DNA of 42,412 nucleotides from a virus (taxonomy: Duplodnaviria; Caudoviricetes): positions 1 to 42,412 of the IMG/VR virus record IMGVR_UViG_3300032227_000612, one strand, 5' to 3'. The notes under the pieces were generated by a model. The model made no database searches. It saw nothing but the letters and a program-made list of their open reading frames with translations, and was not told where the DNA came from. The position numbers and the translations under genes are program-made. Shown here piece after piece: positions 16,871-27,772 of the stretch (position 1 is its first letter; the number at the start of each line of letters is the position of its first letter).

Positions 16871-19800
16871 TTATGCAAGTTGAACTCCTACAATTCGTGA
16901 TATTTTTTCTCCCCCAGTTCTCATTAATCCAACTGCCCAATCAGCATAGTTTACAAAAGCCGGCATTTGTCTAATATTTAGTCTTAGATTAATAAATATT
17001 TTTACAAGTTCATCAGGAGATGTTATTCCTGAGTTATATGCCTCTATTATTTTTTTAGAAAATCCATTAAAATATCCTGAACCATTCCAAGTAGCATATG
17101 AAAAATTAAAATACAATCTACCATCAGATCTAATTAAATTTTGTAAATCAGGTATTGGTATATATCTATTAAATAGTCTTTCAAATTCTGGTTTCATAAC
17201 TGCTACAGCAGCATTAACTAATTGTGTTTTTAGAGGATCTTGAGGAATATATTCATGGGCCCAAGTAGAACTTGCATTTTGAGCATCTACTAATGCCCAG
17301 AATGCTTTACCTTCAGTAGTAGTATTTAAACTTCCTGCTGCTACTCTATCTATTCCGAACATTGTTTCTCCACTTGATTGGAATATTTCTTTATTTCTTG
17401 GTGTAGGAGCTAATCTTCCATCATTAAATTGATTAGGATGAAAATAACCTCCTTCTAAGTGTGCAATAACTTGAGCTGTTACTTCCTCAAATGTATAAGG
17501 TCTAGCTTCTATTTTTCCTTTTACTATGACTCCACTTACAGGATATGTTCCACTAAATCCAGTAACTATATTAGTAGCATTAACTCCAAATTGACCTGAT
17601 CTACCTTCTATTCTTTCAACATTACCTTTAAACTCTCCTTTATTTTTTAAAAATATCATATTAGCTCTAATAGAAGTATCCCATTGATTGTTTTCTATTT
17701 TATGAGTTAATCCAACTGCAACAAATCCTACATTTCGTATTCTATCTTTAGAAAAACCTTCTGTTTTTCTTGCTGTATATGTATAAGGCAATAATTTATC
17801 AGGTATACTAAAGGCTTGTCCCATATTAAAACCAGATATTCCATCTGTGGTAAGATTAACAGAAACAGGAATCATAAATGATGCTCTTGTTGCATAATCA
17901 TCATTTTTTAAAGTAGTCATTTTTTCTATATAATAATTAGTTGCATGAGCTACTGTAGTTTGAGATGGATTAATTTTACTATAAAAATCAGATATAGTAT
18001 TATTAAATTGTGCAGCTGATGTTTTTAACGCATCATTATCTTTTTTATCTAAATTACTACCTGTTGGTTCTAATTTATCTGTTATATATCTGTCAATAAA
18101 ATTAGTATTTATAAAACCAAATGAATCTCCATTAGTAGATAATGTAGCTTTATTAGGTATTGTAGAATTTGCAGATATTGCAAGCATATTAGATAGCTTA
18201 CTACTAATTTCTGATTTTATTTCTATAGATTTTGCTATAGAATACTTTCCTAATAAAGGAAGCTCTGTTGTATTATCTTTTTTTTCTGGTAGTGCAGTTA
18301 GTTGGGCTTCATTTCCAAGAGTTGGTAGTACTTGATCATCAACTATTTGATATGTATTTGCTTGATCATTGTAAGAAAGTCTAAATGCATTAAAATTACC
18401 TAAAGATTTATTTATGTCTGTAAGTACTTGTTCTAAAAAAGTTTTTAGATATACTGCATTACTTCCATCTTTATGGCTATATTGTTGAACTAGTTGAACT
18501 AAATAATCTATATTCAATAATATATTCATTAATTTTCCTCTATATACATTTCCAATTTCTTTAGTAGATCCTCCTTCTATTGGTTGTTCATCAAATTTAA
18601 GTTTAGGTAATTTTCCACTTAAAAAATCTTGAGTTTCAGGATTAAATAAAGGAACGGGTTCTTTTGAATTTATAGCTGTTCCATTATTAGAAAGTATATC
18701 TTTATCAAATAAAGTTTTAAAATCTTCAAAACTTCCTTCAAAAGGAATTAAACAAGTCCATGGATCTGTACTTAATTGCTTCTTATTAGTAAGACAGAAA
18801 TTTAATTCAGGATTAAAATCTATGTATATTAAAGGAGTTTGAAATTGAGAATCTTTTTTTGTATCATATATAGTACACGCATGATTTAAAATCATTAATA
18901 ATTGCCCTAATGTTATATACACTGGATGGTTAGCAACTGTTCCTTTTATGATCTCTTGATTAATTTGATAAGGAACTACATATGCTTTTAATAGTTCTTT
19001 AAAATTAACAGGTTGCAGATCACTTAAAAATGCTTTATTACCCATTAAACTAGTAGCAAATCCATATTTAGTATTTATTTTAAATCTAATTTTAGGATCC
19101 ATTGCTCCTACTTGTGTATATTCAGAATCTTTTATATCTTCACTATTTACTAACTGATCAATAAAAGTAGAAAATATACCAGAAGAAAATATTTGATTTA
19201 AAAAAGGTTTTTTTGATTTAGTATTATTAACATCTATGGCATTAACTTTATCTTTAGGATCCCATAAATCTAATATATAGGTAGTTTTACCTATATCTAA
19301 ATCAGGAGTACTTGTTTTATTTATAGCTTTATTTAATGCATGAACTTGTATAGTTCTTAATATTATTTCTAATGAAGATTGATAATTAAGAGACTGTTTT
19401 ATTTGCGTAGCTATAGCATTTATATCTGGTTTTGGTGGTGGTGCAGAGGTTGCCTGGGCTGCGGTACTTTGTACTTGATTTTGATTTGTTAAATTTTGTT
19501 TTACTTGAGAATCTATTGGAGTTTGTAAACTAGTATTTGGTGGTATTTTTACATTTGTAATAATATCTAGATCTCTAACAATTAATTTTAGTTCTAATTC
19601 AAAATTAACAGTTTTAGTTCCACTTTTTACTAAAGTTCCTGATGCATCTTTATCTAATTTATCAACTTGTTGGGGAACTTGTATATTATATAATAAAGTA
19701 AATGTTCCGCTACTACTAATAGAATCGACTCTCCATTCTATTTGGTTATTAGATATTACTGCTTTTATAGCATCTTGAAACTCTTTTTGAGATGTTGATT

Positions 19801-21637
19801 TTCCTCTATCTTTTATTGCTAGAGATTTATCATTTATATATTTTGATGCATTAGAATATAATAAACGTAGTTCTGCAGTTCCTTGCTTTGTTTTATAAAA
19901 TAAAGAAGCATCATATGGAGATACATCACTTCTACCTTCTAAAAAATCAACTGCAGATTGTAAAAAATTTAATACTTGACCTGAAAATCCTGTTCCTGTA
20001 GTTGCTGCATTGCTACCGTCTCCTTTTGCTTTTGAGTGTAATAATAAACCTAAATTAGAATTGTAATTTATTTGACTTCCATTATTTTTTATATAATCAT
20101 CTGCATTTACAAGTAAATCTACAGGATCTTTTTTTATAATATTAGCATTACCTGATGTAAAGTCAGGACTATTTACAAAACTAGATCCATTAGTACTTTG
20201 CTGAACAGAAAAAACATCACCTAATTTAGATAATCCTGGTATATCAATATTAACTGTAACTCCATATTCAGAACCTACTGGAACTAATGATTTAAATTTA
20301 TCTATTGCTAAATAATCTACTCCTGCATAATCATTTAAAAAATATCCTTTTCCTCCTAAAGTACCAACTACAGTACTTTCTATTTTTGATTTATTAACAT
20401 CTAAAACTTCTTTATAAGTAAATTTATTAGGACTTGTTTTCTTTCCATTTATATATAAAATATTACTGGAACAATTCCAAGATCCAGATGCAGATAATCC
20501 TGTTGTTTGATATCTTCCATCTTTATAAAAATAGTAACTTACTCCATTTACTGCTGCAAAAACTGCTCTTGGAGCAAATGCTTTAGCTGGAAAACCCTTT
20601 CCAGAAATTGCAGCTTCAGACAAATCTTTTACTGATGATCCTGGAAGTGTAGTAAGGCATTCGGGAAATTCAGGAGTTACCGTAGTAGATGAACTTGGAT
20701 TAGGATTACTTAATGCAGCTTCTCTAGCCAATCTAGCTTGTTCTATATCAATTAAAGTTTTATTTAACCTTAATATCTCTTCTTCTAATAAAGAAGGTAA
20801 AGTTCCTGAATTATTTATTTTTATTGAGTCACCTAAATATCCTAACCCTAATAATTTTACAGTACAATCAAAACCTCCATCTTGATTATAAGAAAAATTA
20901 AAGTTAGTAACTATACCTAACATTGCGTCATAATTACCTTCTGAGTCTCTTGAATTTTGTGCTATTTTTACATTAATATCTTCTTTTGTAAGACCTTGTT
21001 GAAATGGATCTATACTATATAATTCAGTAGATATTATTTTGTTAGGAGTTCTATTTTTTGTACTATCAGGATTAGGATAAAAATATGTATGTCCCCATTC
21101 AAGAAACATAGTAAAACCTAATTTGAAATAAAGAGCATCAATTATATCTAATTGATCTTTATCCCAACATTTAAAATTAATTGTAGCTGCTCTTACAGAT
21201 CCAAGCCTACCTTGAGTATCAATAGTAACGCTAGTAATACCTGGCATTGGTCTATAACCGAAGTCTTGTATTTCTTTATTGCCTAACATTCCATAGGCTC
21301 CATCTTTACCTAAACCTGATCTTAATTGATATGAATTTTTATCAAGATATTTAGAAGTGCCTCCAAATAAAATAAAATTTTTTGCAAGACTAGTTGAATC
21401 TTTTATATATTCATCTCCTACTAATCTTTTAAAATAATTAAGATCTTCTTGTGATTGTACATCTATTGAAGATACTAATCTGATCCAAGCAGTTTTATTT
21501 GCTATGAATAAAACATTATCTGTATCTCTAGAATCTGAAGCATTTTTTCTAGATCTAGTCTCTAATTGTTTTAATACCCAACTAGGTATTTGAGCACCTA
21601 TTATATTTGATATTTTATTATCTAATCCTTGAGTCAT
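16871..21637 (-). CDS. Large baseplate hub-like protein with C-terminal GH108-like muramidase domain
   Basis: Follows the gp53/LysM-like gene; RPMPGITSV..., LTTDGISG...GQAF..., HKIENNQWDT hub-like segments; C-terminal LEGGY...GETMFGID. Confidence 0.65.
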   Translation of the reverse strand: MTQGLDNKISNIIGAQIPSWVLKQLETRSRKNASDSRDTDNVLFIANKTAWIRLVSSIDVQSQEDLNYFKRLVGDEYIKDSTSLAKNFILFGGTSKYLDKNSYQLRSGLGKDGAYGMLGNKEIQDFGYRPMPGITSVTIDTQGRLGSVRAATINFKCWDKDQLDIIDALYFKLGFTMFLEWGHTYFYPNPDSTKNRTPNKIISTELYSIDPFQQGLTKEDINVKIAQNSRDSEGNYDAMLGIVTNFNFSYNQDGGFDCTVKLLGLGYLGDSIKINNSGTLPSLLEEEILRLNKTLIDIEQARLAREAALSNPNPSSSTTVTPEFPECLTTLPGSSVKDLSEAAISGKGFPAKAFAPRAVFAAVNGVSYYFYKDGRYQTTGLSASGSWNCSSNILYINGKKTSPNKFTYKEVLDVNKSKIESTVVGTLGGKGYFLNDYAGVDYLAIDKFKSLVPVGSEYGVTVNIDIPGLSKLGDVFSVQQSTNGSSFVNSPDFTSGNANIIKKDPVDLLVNADDYIKNNGSQINYNSNLGLLLHSKAKGDGSNAATTGTGFSGQVLNFLQSAVDFLEGRSDVSPYDASLFYKTKQGTAELRLLYSNASKYINDKSLAIKDRGKSTSQKEFQDAIKAVISNNQIEWRVDSISSSGTFTLLYNIQVPQQVDKLDKDASGTLVKSGTKTVNFELELKLIVRDLDIITNVKIPPNTSLQTPIDSQVKQNLTNQNQVQSTAAQATSAPPPKPDINAIATQIKQSLNYQSSLEIILRTIQVHALNKAINKTSTPDLDIGKTTYILDLWDPKDKVNAIDVNNTKSKKPFLNQIFSSGIFSTFIDQLVNSEDIKDSEYTQVGAMDPKIRFKINTKYGFATSLMGNKAFLSDLQPVNFKELLKAYVVPYQINQEIIKGTVANHPVYITLGQLLMILNHACTIYDTKKDSQFQTPLIYIDFNPELNFCLTNKKQLSTDPWTCLIPFEGSFEDFKTLFDKDILSNNGTAINSKEPVPLFNPETQDFLSGKLPKLKFDEQPIEGGSTKEIGNVYRGKLMNILLNIDYLVQLVQQYSHKDGSNAVYLKTFLEQVLTDINKSLGNFNAFRLSYNDQANTYQIVDDQVLPTLGNEAQLTALPEKKDNTTELPLLGKYSIAKSIEIKSEISSKLSNMLAISANSTIPNKATLSTNGDSFGFINTNFIDRYITDKLEPTGSNLDKKDNDALKTSAAQFNNTISDFYSKINPSQTTVAHATNYYIEKMTTLKNDDYATRASFMIPVSVNLTTDGISGFNMGQAFSIPDKLLPYTYTARKTEGFSKDRIRNVGFVAVGLTHKIENNQWDTSIRANMIFLKNKGEFKGNVERIEGRSGQFGVNATNIVTGFSGTYPVSGVIVKGKIEARPYTFEEVTAQVIAHLEGGYFHPNQFNDGRLAPTPRNKEIFQSSGETMFGIDRVAAGSLNTTTEGKAFWALVDAQNASSTWAHEYIPQDPLKTQLVNAAVAVMKPEFERLFNRYIPIPDLQNLIRSDGRLYFNFSYATWNGSGYFNGFSKKIIEAYNSGITSPDELVKIFINLRLNIRQMPAFVNYADWAVGLMRTGGEKISRIVGVQLA

Positions 21638-21639
21638 AA

Positions 21640-21945
21640 CTATTTTAAAATATTTATTTGTTTATATTGATTTATAGCACCAGCTAAATCTGAAGGAATT
21701 CTTAATTGTGTTCCTGGTTCTAGATATAAAGAATCTCCAGGTAAAGAATTTGCAGATGCTATTACCCACCAGAAACTAGTATCTCCATAAAAATCAAAAG
21801 ATAAGAGATCTAATCTGTCTCCTAATACTGTTATTACGTAACTATCATCATTAGATACAGGTATGTCTGGATAAATATTATTTGAATAATATCTTTCTCC
21901 TGTATTATCTTTTGTTATTTCTATATTTTGATATCTGTAATTCAT
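21640..21945 (-). CDS. LysM/tail X/gp53-like baseplate wedge protein
   Basis: GDRLDLLSFDFYGD..FWWVIASAN...PGTQLRIP. Confidence 0.85.
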   Translation of the reverse strand: MNYRYQNIEITKDNTGERYYSNNIYPDIPVSNDDSYVITVLGDRLDLLSFDFYGDTSFWWVIASANSLPGDSLYLEPGTQLRIPSDLAGAINQYKQINILK

Positions 21946-21946
21946 T

Positions 21947-23836
21947 TTAACCTAGTGATGATGGTGTGTTTGGAGATTGAAATTGTCTAGTTAAATCACT
22001 ACCTTGTTTTATTGACTTTAATAATACATTTTTTTTATCTTCAAGTATTTTTTGGAAAGGAGAAGTGAATTTTGGAGCTGGGTTAGCTCTATTTGTTGGT
22101 GATACTACTGAATTTTCTCTAAATTCAAATCTTTCAGATTGAGTTTGTGAAAGTTCTTTTCCAGGGTCTATAAAATTTGCTGAACTTTCAGCAGGTCCAA
22201 ATTTTACATTGGCTATCAAAGCAGGTATGTTTGTTGAAACAGTAGTAGTATCATCATATTTATCTACTCCTAATAATGAAGTTTTAACTGATGTAATAAC
22301 AGAATCAATACTAGCTCTTTTAGGAAGTATATCCATAATAGGTTTAAATGTTATAGATATGTCTAAAACTTGAGGTAATTGTGCTATATCTCCTAATTGA
22401 CTTTTTTCTAAATTAATTTCCCAAGGATAATTATTATCAACAGTAACATTTACACTCTCTAAAAATCCTGGTACTCTATAAAGATAATCTCCTATGGTAA
22501 CTCTAACAACAGGAGCTCTCATAATTCCAGTTTGGGGACTATAATCTGGATATACCTGACTGATTAAAGAGTTTACTTTATTATATAAAGGTTTTAGTTC
22601 ACTTTTAGAACCTGCCGCAACTCTAAATGAAAAACTTATACTTCTATCAAAACCTTGATATGTATAAAAATTTTCACCTCTACCCATATATTTAAAAGCA
22701 TTTAATGTAGCCGAGTTATTATCAGTTAATCCAGCAGTTAAAAAAGCTCTAAAAAATAAAGCAGTTGAAAGAGATGTATTATCGTTAGATATAGCTTCAA
22801 AAACAAATTTAATTAAATCATCTGTTCCCTCTTGATTTGTTTCCCAAGGAGCTTGATTATTATTGAAAATAAGTGGTCCTAAAAGATTCATTTTATCTTG
22901 ATATAAACCAGGAGAGACGTAAAATCTATTATCTATTTGATTATTACCCCAAGGAGTGTAGTCTACAAAAAGAGGAAGTCCATCTCTAAAATCTTGTATT
23001 TTAGGTATTGGGTTTCTAAAATTAGAATTTTGTGTTCTAAGTTGATCATAAATCATAGCATTAGATGATAACAATTTAGTAGTATCAACAACTCTTTTTA
23101 CAGTTGTTACACCTACTCCGTAAGTAGATCCAGGGCCTCCCCAATATTGAAATATAAAACCTTTGTTTAATGATATTCCTAAAGTGTTTACTGTGTTTAT
23201 ATTACTTACTTCATTTGCATTTGCTATTTGTCCTACACTAGTACTCATTTTAAGATTGTTTAAAATAAGTAGCCTATTATTTTCAGATTGATCATTTATG
23301 TTTTGTGCATTAACTATATCATAGTAATGTTTTTGAAAAGGATTAAAAGGCATTAAACCATGCCTAATAGCATGTGCGCCTGTTCCAGAAGCTCCTACTT
23401 GTGCTAATGTATTTAATCCTTTATTGTAAACTCTTGTATTTTCTAAAAGTCCAGGAAGAGCTTCTGATTGTCCAAAACCATAAAGTGTGTTTCCTGTTTC
23501 TACTTTAGGATTAGATAATTGTAAACCAATTTGTTTTTCTATAAAAGCTTTACCTCTAGGAGCATCTTCAAAGAACTTTCTAATTCTTGTTTTATCTATT
23601 TGAGTAGATAGAGTAAATGTTTGTGTTCCTATATTAAATTTAATATCTCCACCACGAATAGGAAAATCTAAATTACCAGTAGACCCAGGTCTAAAAATAG
23701 GCTTAAATGTTCCTGTTGCATTAAGTACATCGGGAATAGCCGTTTGAATATAAGGTAGACCTGATGAACCATATCCAGGTTGATCATTGCCAAACCTTAG
23801 AGTTTTTAAATTAGTTTTTAAGTCTATTAGTGGCAT
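21947..23836 (-). CDS. Baseplate/tail tube initiator-like protein
   Basis: Lies between tape measure and LysM gene; Y.GRGENFYTYQGFDRSISFSF...APVVRVTIGD...GFLESVNVT tube-like fold motifs. Confidence 0.6.
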   Translation of the reverse strand: MPLIDLKTNLKTLRFGNDQPGYGSSGLPYIQTAIPDVLNATGTFKPIFRPGSTGNLDFPIRGGDIKFNIGTQTFTLSTQIDKTRIRKFFEDAPRGKAFIEKQIGLQLSNPKVETGNTLYGFGQSEALPGLLENTRVYNKGLNTLAQVGASGTGAHAIRHGLMPFNPFQKHYYDIVNAQNINDQSENNRLLILNNLKMSTSVGQIANANEVSNINTVNTLGISLNKGFIFQYWGGPGSTYGVGVTTVKRVVDTTKLLSSNAMIYDQLRTQNSNFRNPIPKIQDFRDGLPLFVDYTPWGNNQIDNRFYVSPGLYQDKMNLLGPLIFNNNQAPWETNQEGTDDLIKFVFEAISNDNTSLSTALFFRAFLTAGLTDNNSATLNAFKYMGRGENFYTYQGFDRSISFSFRVAAGSKSELKPLYNKVNSLISQVYPDYSPQTGIMRAPVVRVTIGDYLYRVPGFLESVNVTVDNNYPWEINLEKSQLGDIAQLPQVLDISITFKPIMDILPKRASIDSVITSVKTSLLGVDKYDDTTTVSTNIPALIANVKFGPAESSANFIDPGKELSQTQSERFEFRENSVVSPTNRANPAPKFTSPFQKILEDKKNVLLKSIKQGSDLTRQFQSPNTPSSLG

Positions 23837-23850
23837 TATATTATCTTTTA

Positions 23851-26800
23851 TTATTGACCAGTATGCATTTGTCCTGGGGTATTATCTTGACTACCTTCTT
23901 TAGTTATAGTATTTACCATTACTTTTGCTGTTACAGGTTCAACAGTAATATTATTAGTATTATGTATAATAGGGGCTTTTGCCATACTCATACTATTATC
24001 TTCTTTTTTAGATGAACCTTCCGATTTTAATTTATCTTTAGCAGCTGCATCTTGCACTGTAGTTGCGCCGTAATTTCCAGTTCCTTTAATTCTACCAGAC
24101 ATTTCTAATGATCCAGCTCTTACTGCTTCAGCCGTTATTTTAGCTTTTGCGCTATAGTCTGTATCTCCAAATGGAGTAAAAAAGTCTGCTATTTCTCCAC
24201 CAACTTCAATAATGTCAGCTAACAAATCTCCAGCAAATTTTACAAAAGTTGAAATTGTGTCTCTTATAGTTCCTATAATACCTCTAATAGTATCTGGATT
24301 AGAAAGCTTATTTACGAATGCTTCTACTTTTTCTATTATTCCACTACGTTCAATAAATTCTACAATAGATTGTTTTATTTTTTCTATTGTTAATGCAAGT
24401 TTTTCTTGTGCTGATGCTCTAACTAAATCATTATACGCTGCTTCACCACCTGCTTTATTTATTGCCTCTTGTTCTCTACCAGATGTTCTTAATAAATCTA
24501 CTTGTTTTAATAAATCTTCTCTATTCTTGACACCAAATTTAGAATATAACTCTTGTTGTTTGAGCATATCTGCCATTTGATCTCTAGACATTCCCATTGC
24601 CTCAGCTAAAGACTCCTGCTGTATTCTATTCATATTAGAATATCCTGCAGCATCACCTGTATACTTTGCAATTTCAGCAGCAGCACCTGCTAAATCATTA
24701 TTTAAAAATAACTCTCTAGCTTTACTTAAATTAATATCTTTTCCTGTTAAAAGTTGAGCTTCAAATTCTTTTGATATAGATGATTCAAAATCTAAGAATG
24801 AACTTGCCATTCCATCTAATTGCTTTAATTCTAAACCTAAAGCTTTACTAGTAAGAAATGCCTTTGTTAATTTTTCAGGATATTTTGCAAATTGAAGTCC
24901 TAAATATCCTCCAAGATTTGATACTTCTTTTAATACTTGTTGATATTGAAAGCTTACGCCTATAGCTCTTTGTAAACCTTTAACTTGACCAAGTACAGAT
25001 TTAACAGTTCCTTCAGCACTTTTACCAGTTATTTGAGCAGATTCTGCAATTCTAGCTCTAGTATCTGCTTCTAAACCTGCAAACTCTTTTAATTTAATAT
25101 TAGTTCTTAATATTTCACCACTTAAAATATTTGTAATTCCAGTTTGTTGAGTTAGTTCTAATTGAGACTGAAGTAATTTTTTACCGGTAGTATAAATATC
25201 ACCTGCAGCCTGAGATGATGCAGCAAGTCCTCTATATAAACCTCTTGCACCTTCTGCTGAAAGATTTAATTGTCTTCCAGTTTGAACAATCATATTGTCT
25301 ACACCAAGAACTAAATCTAATAAAGCAGAAAATCCATCTATTAAACCACCTACTAATCCACCTACTAAAGGTATTTTTCTTGCTAAATCTGAAACACCAC
25401 TTGTAAGACCTCTAACAACATTACCTGAATCTTCAGATAATCCTGCCATAAAATTACCAGCTTTTGCTGCAGCATTTCCTATACCATCTAAACCTGCTTC
25501 TGCTAATTTAAAAGCTCCAACTGCTAATCCGCCTTTAGCAAGCGGATCTGATAAACTATCTTTTATTGCTGCTTTTCCTGCTTTAAAACCTTCTTTTAAT
25601 ACAGATGTTTTTTTAGAGAAAGCACTTTTCTCTTTACCCATTAAAGCTAATTGCTCATTAAGAGATTTTACTTGGTCTTTATTACCAGATTTTTGTGCTT
25701 CTGCTAATTGTTCTTGTAAAGTTTTTCTTTTCTTATCCTCTTCTACTAATCTTCTTGCCTCAGTAGTCATAGCTTCATAGGCTTCAGTACCGACTCCTAA
25801 TTTAGTTGCAAGTCCAGATACTAAATTTCCAGAAATACCTAATTGCTTTGCAGTTTGTTTTTCTATATCTAAAGATCTTTCTCCAAAAGCAACACCTTCT
25901 TTTGCAATACTATCTGCTTCTTTTAAAGCTACTACTTGCGCTTCTTGTATAGATAATCCGGCTTTTTGTCTTTCATTAGCAACTATATTTAATTGTAATA
26001 ACCGATCTGTATTAGCAATTTTATCTTCTATTTTTTTCTTTTCTGCTGTATCACTTGTTGCAATTGCTAATTTTTCATATTCAAATTTTCTTTTTTCTAA
26101 TTCTGATATTTTTTTCTGAGAATTTACATATTGTGAAACTCTATTTAAAGAATCAGCACTCAAAGTTTTTTCAGCCTCTGCTAATTGTTTAGATACTATA
26201 TAGTCTTTTTGTTTAGCTTTATAAAGCTCATTGCTTATTTGCTTTATATTAATTTGAGACTTATCTAAAGAAGAAACTCTAGCCTCTATATTTTCATAAG
26301 ATCTATCTACTTTTTTTAATAGATTTATAGAGTCTTTAAGAATATCATTATAATCTCCTTGATCTTTTTTAATTTCTTGAACGCCAAAGATTGTTTGCCT
26401 AGTTCGCTCTTTATTTGGACCGGTAGTTTGCTCTTTATTTGGACTGGTAGTTCGTTTAGCTTGTGCCTGTCCAATAGTTTGTCGAATTAAGTTTTGAGAT
26501 TGTCCCTGTCTAATAGTTTGCTGGGCTTGAGCTTGAGCCTGTTTAATAATTTGATCGGCTTGGGTCTGAGCCTGCATAATAATTTGCTGGGCTTGTGCTT
26601 GTGCCTGACCAGTAGTTTGTTGAGCTTTGGCTTGTACCCGTTTTATTATTTGCTGGGCTTGTGCTTGAGTTTGCGTAGTAGTCTGCTGTGCTTGATTCTG
26701 AGCTTGGGTTTGCTGGGCTTGTGCTTGTGCCTGTCCAATTGTTTGTTGGGCTTGTGCTTGAGCCTTAACTGGTGAAGGATTATTTAAAACTTTTTGTTGA

Positions 26801-27477
26801 GGTAATTGCGATAGCGTTTTTTGTTCTTCTAGTAACTTTCTAGCCTCTGCTACCATTGTTGCATAAGCTTCTTTTCCTATATTTAGTTTTTTTGCTAATA
26901 CCTCAGCTGAATTTCCAGTAAGTCCTAATTGTTTGGCAAGATTTTTTTCATTTTCTAAAGCTAATTGACCCTCTATTGTTTTTTGTTTAGCAAAATCAAG
27001 TTGTTTTTGTTGAGTAAATATTTTTACTGCCTCTAAATTACCTTGTTCTTGTAAATTACTTAGTATTTGTTTTTGTAAATCAAAAGAAATTCCTTGAGAT
27101 TCATACAACTTTTTGTCTTCTAAAGCTCGTTTCTTTGCATTTTCTAAACTAGAAACAGTTTGTTTACCATATAAAGATTGTAACTGTGTAAGCTTTTTTT
27201 GCTCATCAGACTCTTTCTGCTTGAGTTTATAAAGCTCTTGATTTATTTCCTTAATATTAATTGATTCTTTAGATAGAGAAGATAATCTATCTTGTATCTT
27301 TTTATATTGAGTGGAAGTTTTCTCAAGATCTTTTAACGAGCTTTTTAATAAATTATTATAATCTCCTTGATCATCTAATAAATCTTTTAAACCTTGTCTA
27401 AGATTTTGAAGATCTAAAGATTGTTGATTTAAATTTAGCCCTGGATTAGTGTTTGTATTTTGATTTTCGTTGGCCAT
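23851..27477 (-). CDS. Tape measure protein
   Basis: 1208 aa, helical, A/Q/K/L-rich with a central hydrophobic G/L/A segment; downstream of tube and chaperone genes. Confidence 0.85.
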   Translation of the reverse strand: MANENQNTNTNPGLNLNQQSLDLQNLRQGLKDLLDDQGDYNNLLKSSLKDLEKTSTQYKKIQDRLSSLSKESINIKEINQELYKLKQKESDEQKKLTQLQSLYGKQTVSSLENAKKRALEDKKLYESQGISFDLQKQILSNLQEQGNLEAVKIFTQQKQLDFAKQKTIEGQLALENEKNLAKQLGLTGNSAEVLAKKLNIGKEAYATMVAEARKLLEEQKTLSQLPQQKVLNNPSPVKAQAQAQQTIGQAQAQAQQTQAQNQAQQTTTQTQAQAQQIIKRVQAKAQQTTGQAQAQAQQIIMQAQTQADQIIKQAQAQAQQTIRQGQSQNLIRQTIGQAQAKRTTSPNKEQTTGPNKERTRQTIFGVQEIKKDQGDYNDILKDSINLLKKVDRSYENIEARVSSLDKSQINIKQISNELYKAKQKDYIVSKQLAEAEKTLSADSLNRVSQYVNSQKKISELEKRKFEYEKLAIATSDTAEKKKIEDKIANTDRLLQLNIVANERQKAGLSIQEAQVVALKEADSIAKEGVAFGERSLDIEKQTAKQLGISGNLVSGLATKLGVGTEAYEAMTTEARRLVEEDKKRKTLQEQLAEAQKSGNKDQVKSLNEQLALMGKEKSAFSKKTSVLKEGFKAGKAAIKDSLSDPLAKGGLAVGAFKLAEAGLDGIGNAAAKAGNFMAGLSEDSGNVVRGLTSGVSDLARKIPLVGGLVGGLIDGFSALLDLVLGVDNMIVQTGRQLNLSAEGARGLYRGLAASSQAAGDIYTTGKKLLQSQLELTQQTGITNILSGEILRTNIKLKEFAGLEADTRARIAESAQITGKSAEGTVKSVLGQVKGLQRAIGVSFQYQQVLKEVSNLGGYLGLQFAKYPEKLTKAFLTSKALGLELKQLDGMASSFLDFESSISKEFEAQLLTGKDINLSKARELFLNNDLAGAAAEIAKYTGDAAGYSNMNRIQQESLAEAMGMSRDQMADMLKQQELYSKFGVKNREDLLKQVDLLRTSGREQEAINKAGGEAAYNDLVRASAQEKLALTIEKIKQSIVEFIERSGIIEKVEAFVNKLSNPDTIRGIIGTIRDTISTFVKFAGDLLADIIEVGGEIADFFTPFGDTDYSAKAKITAEAVRAGSLEMSGRIKGTGNYGATTVQDAAAKDKLKSEGSSKKEDNSMSMAKAPIIHNTNNITVEPVTAKVMVNTITKEGSQDNTPGQMHTGQ
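26400..26765 (-). repeat. Gln/Ala-rich ~33-nt (11-aa) tandem repeats plus a 24-nt tandem duplication in the tape measure gene
   Basis: QAQAQAQQTIG / QTQAQAQQIIK / QAQAQAQQIIM etc.; TTSPNKEQ-TTGPNKER at 26400-26454. Confidence 0.9.
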
Positions 27478-27504
27478 TTATTAGTATTACCTACGAATAA
27501 ATAT

Positions 27505-27762
27505 TTACTTTTTATTTTTTACTTTGGAAACAAATGTTGGCTGGTCTAACTTATTTTTGACCACATCAGGAATCTTGAATTTAGACATATCAGTCTTTTC
27601 AGTAACCTGCTGACGACTTTCGTCACGCATCTGCTCTATCTTTTCTAGATAGTCGTTTATCTTCTTTAGATTAAATCGCCTTTTAGGAATATCCATATTC
27701 CAAACCTCAGAATAGGTGAAACCTCCACCTCCGTGATAGGTGAGCTCAAAAACTTCTGTCAT
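27505..27762 (-). CDS. Tail assembly chaperone C-terminal part (gpT-like), probably reached by frameshift
   Basis: Short ORF between chaperone and tape measure; its frame stays open upstream through the TTT TTT CCC site. Confidence 0.7.
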   Translation of the reverse strand: MTEVFELTYHGGGGFTYSEVWNMDIPKRRFNLKKINDYLEKIEQMRDESRQQVTEKTDMSKFKIPDVVKNKLDQPTFVSKVKNKK

Positions 27763-27772
27763 GAATGCAGAC

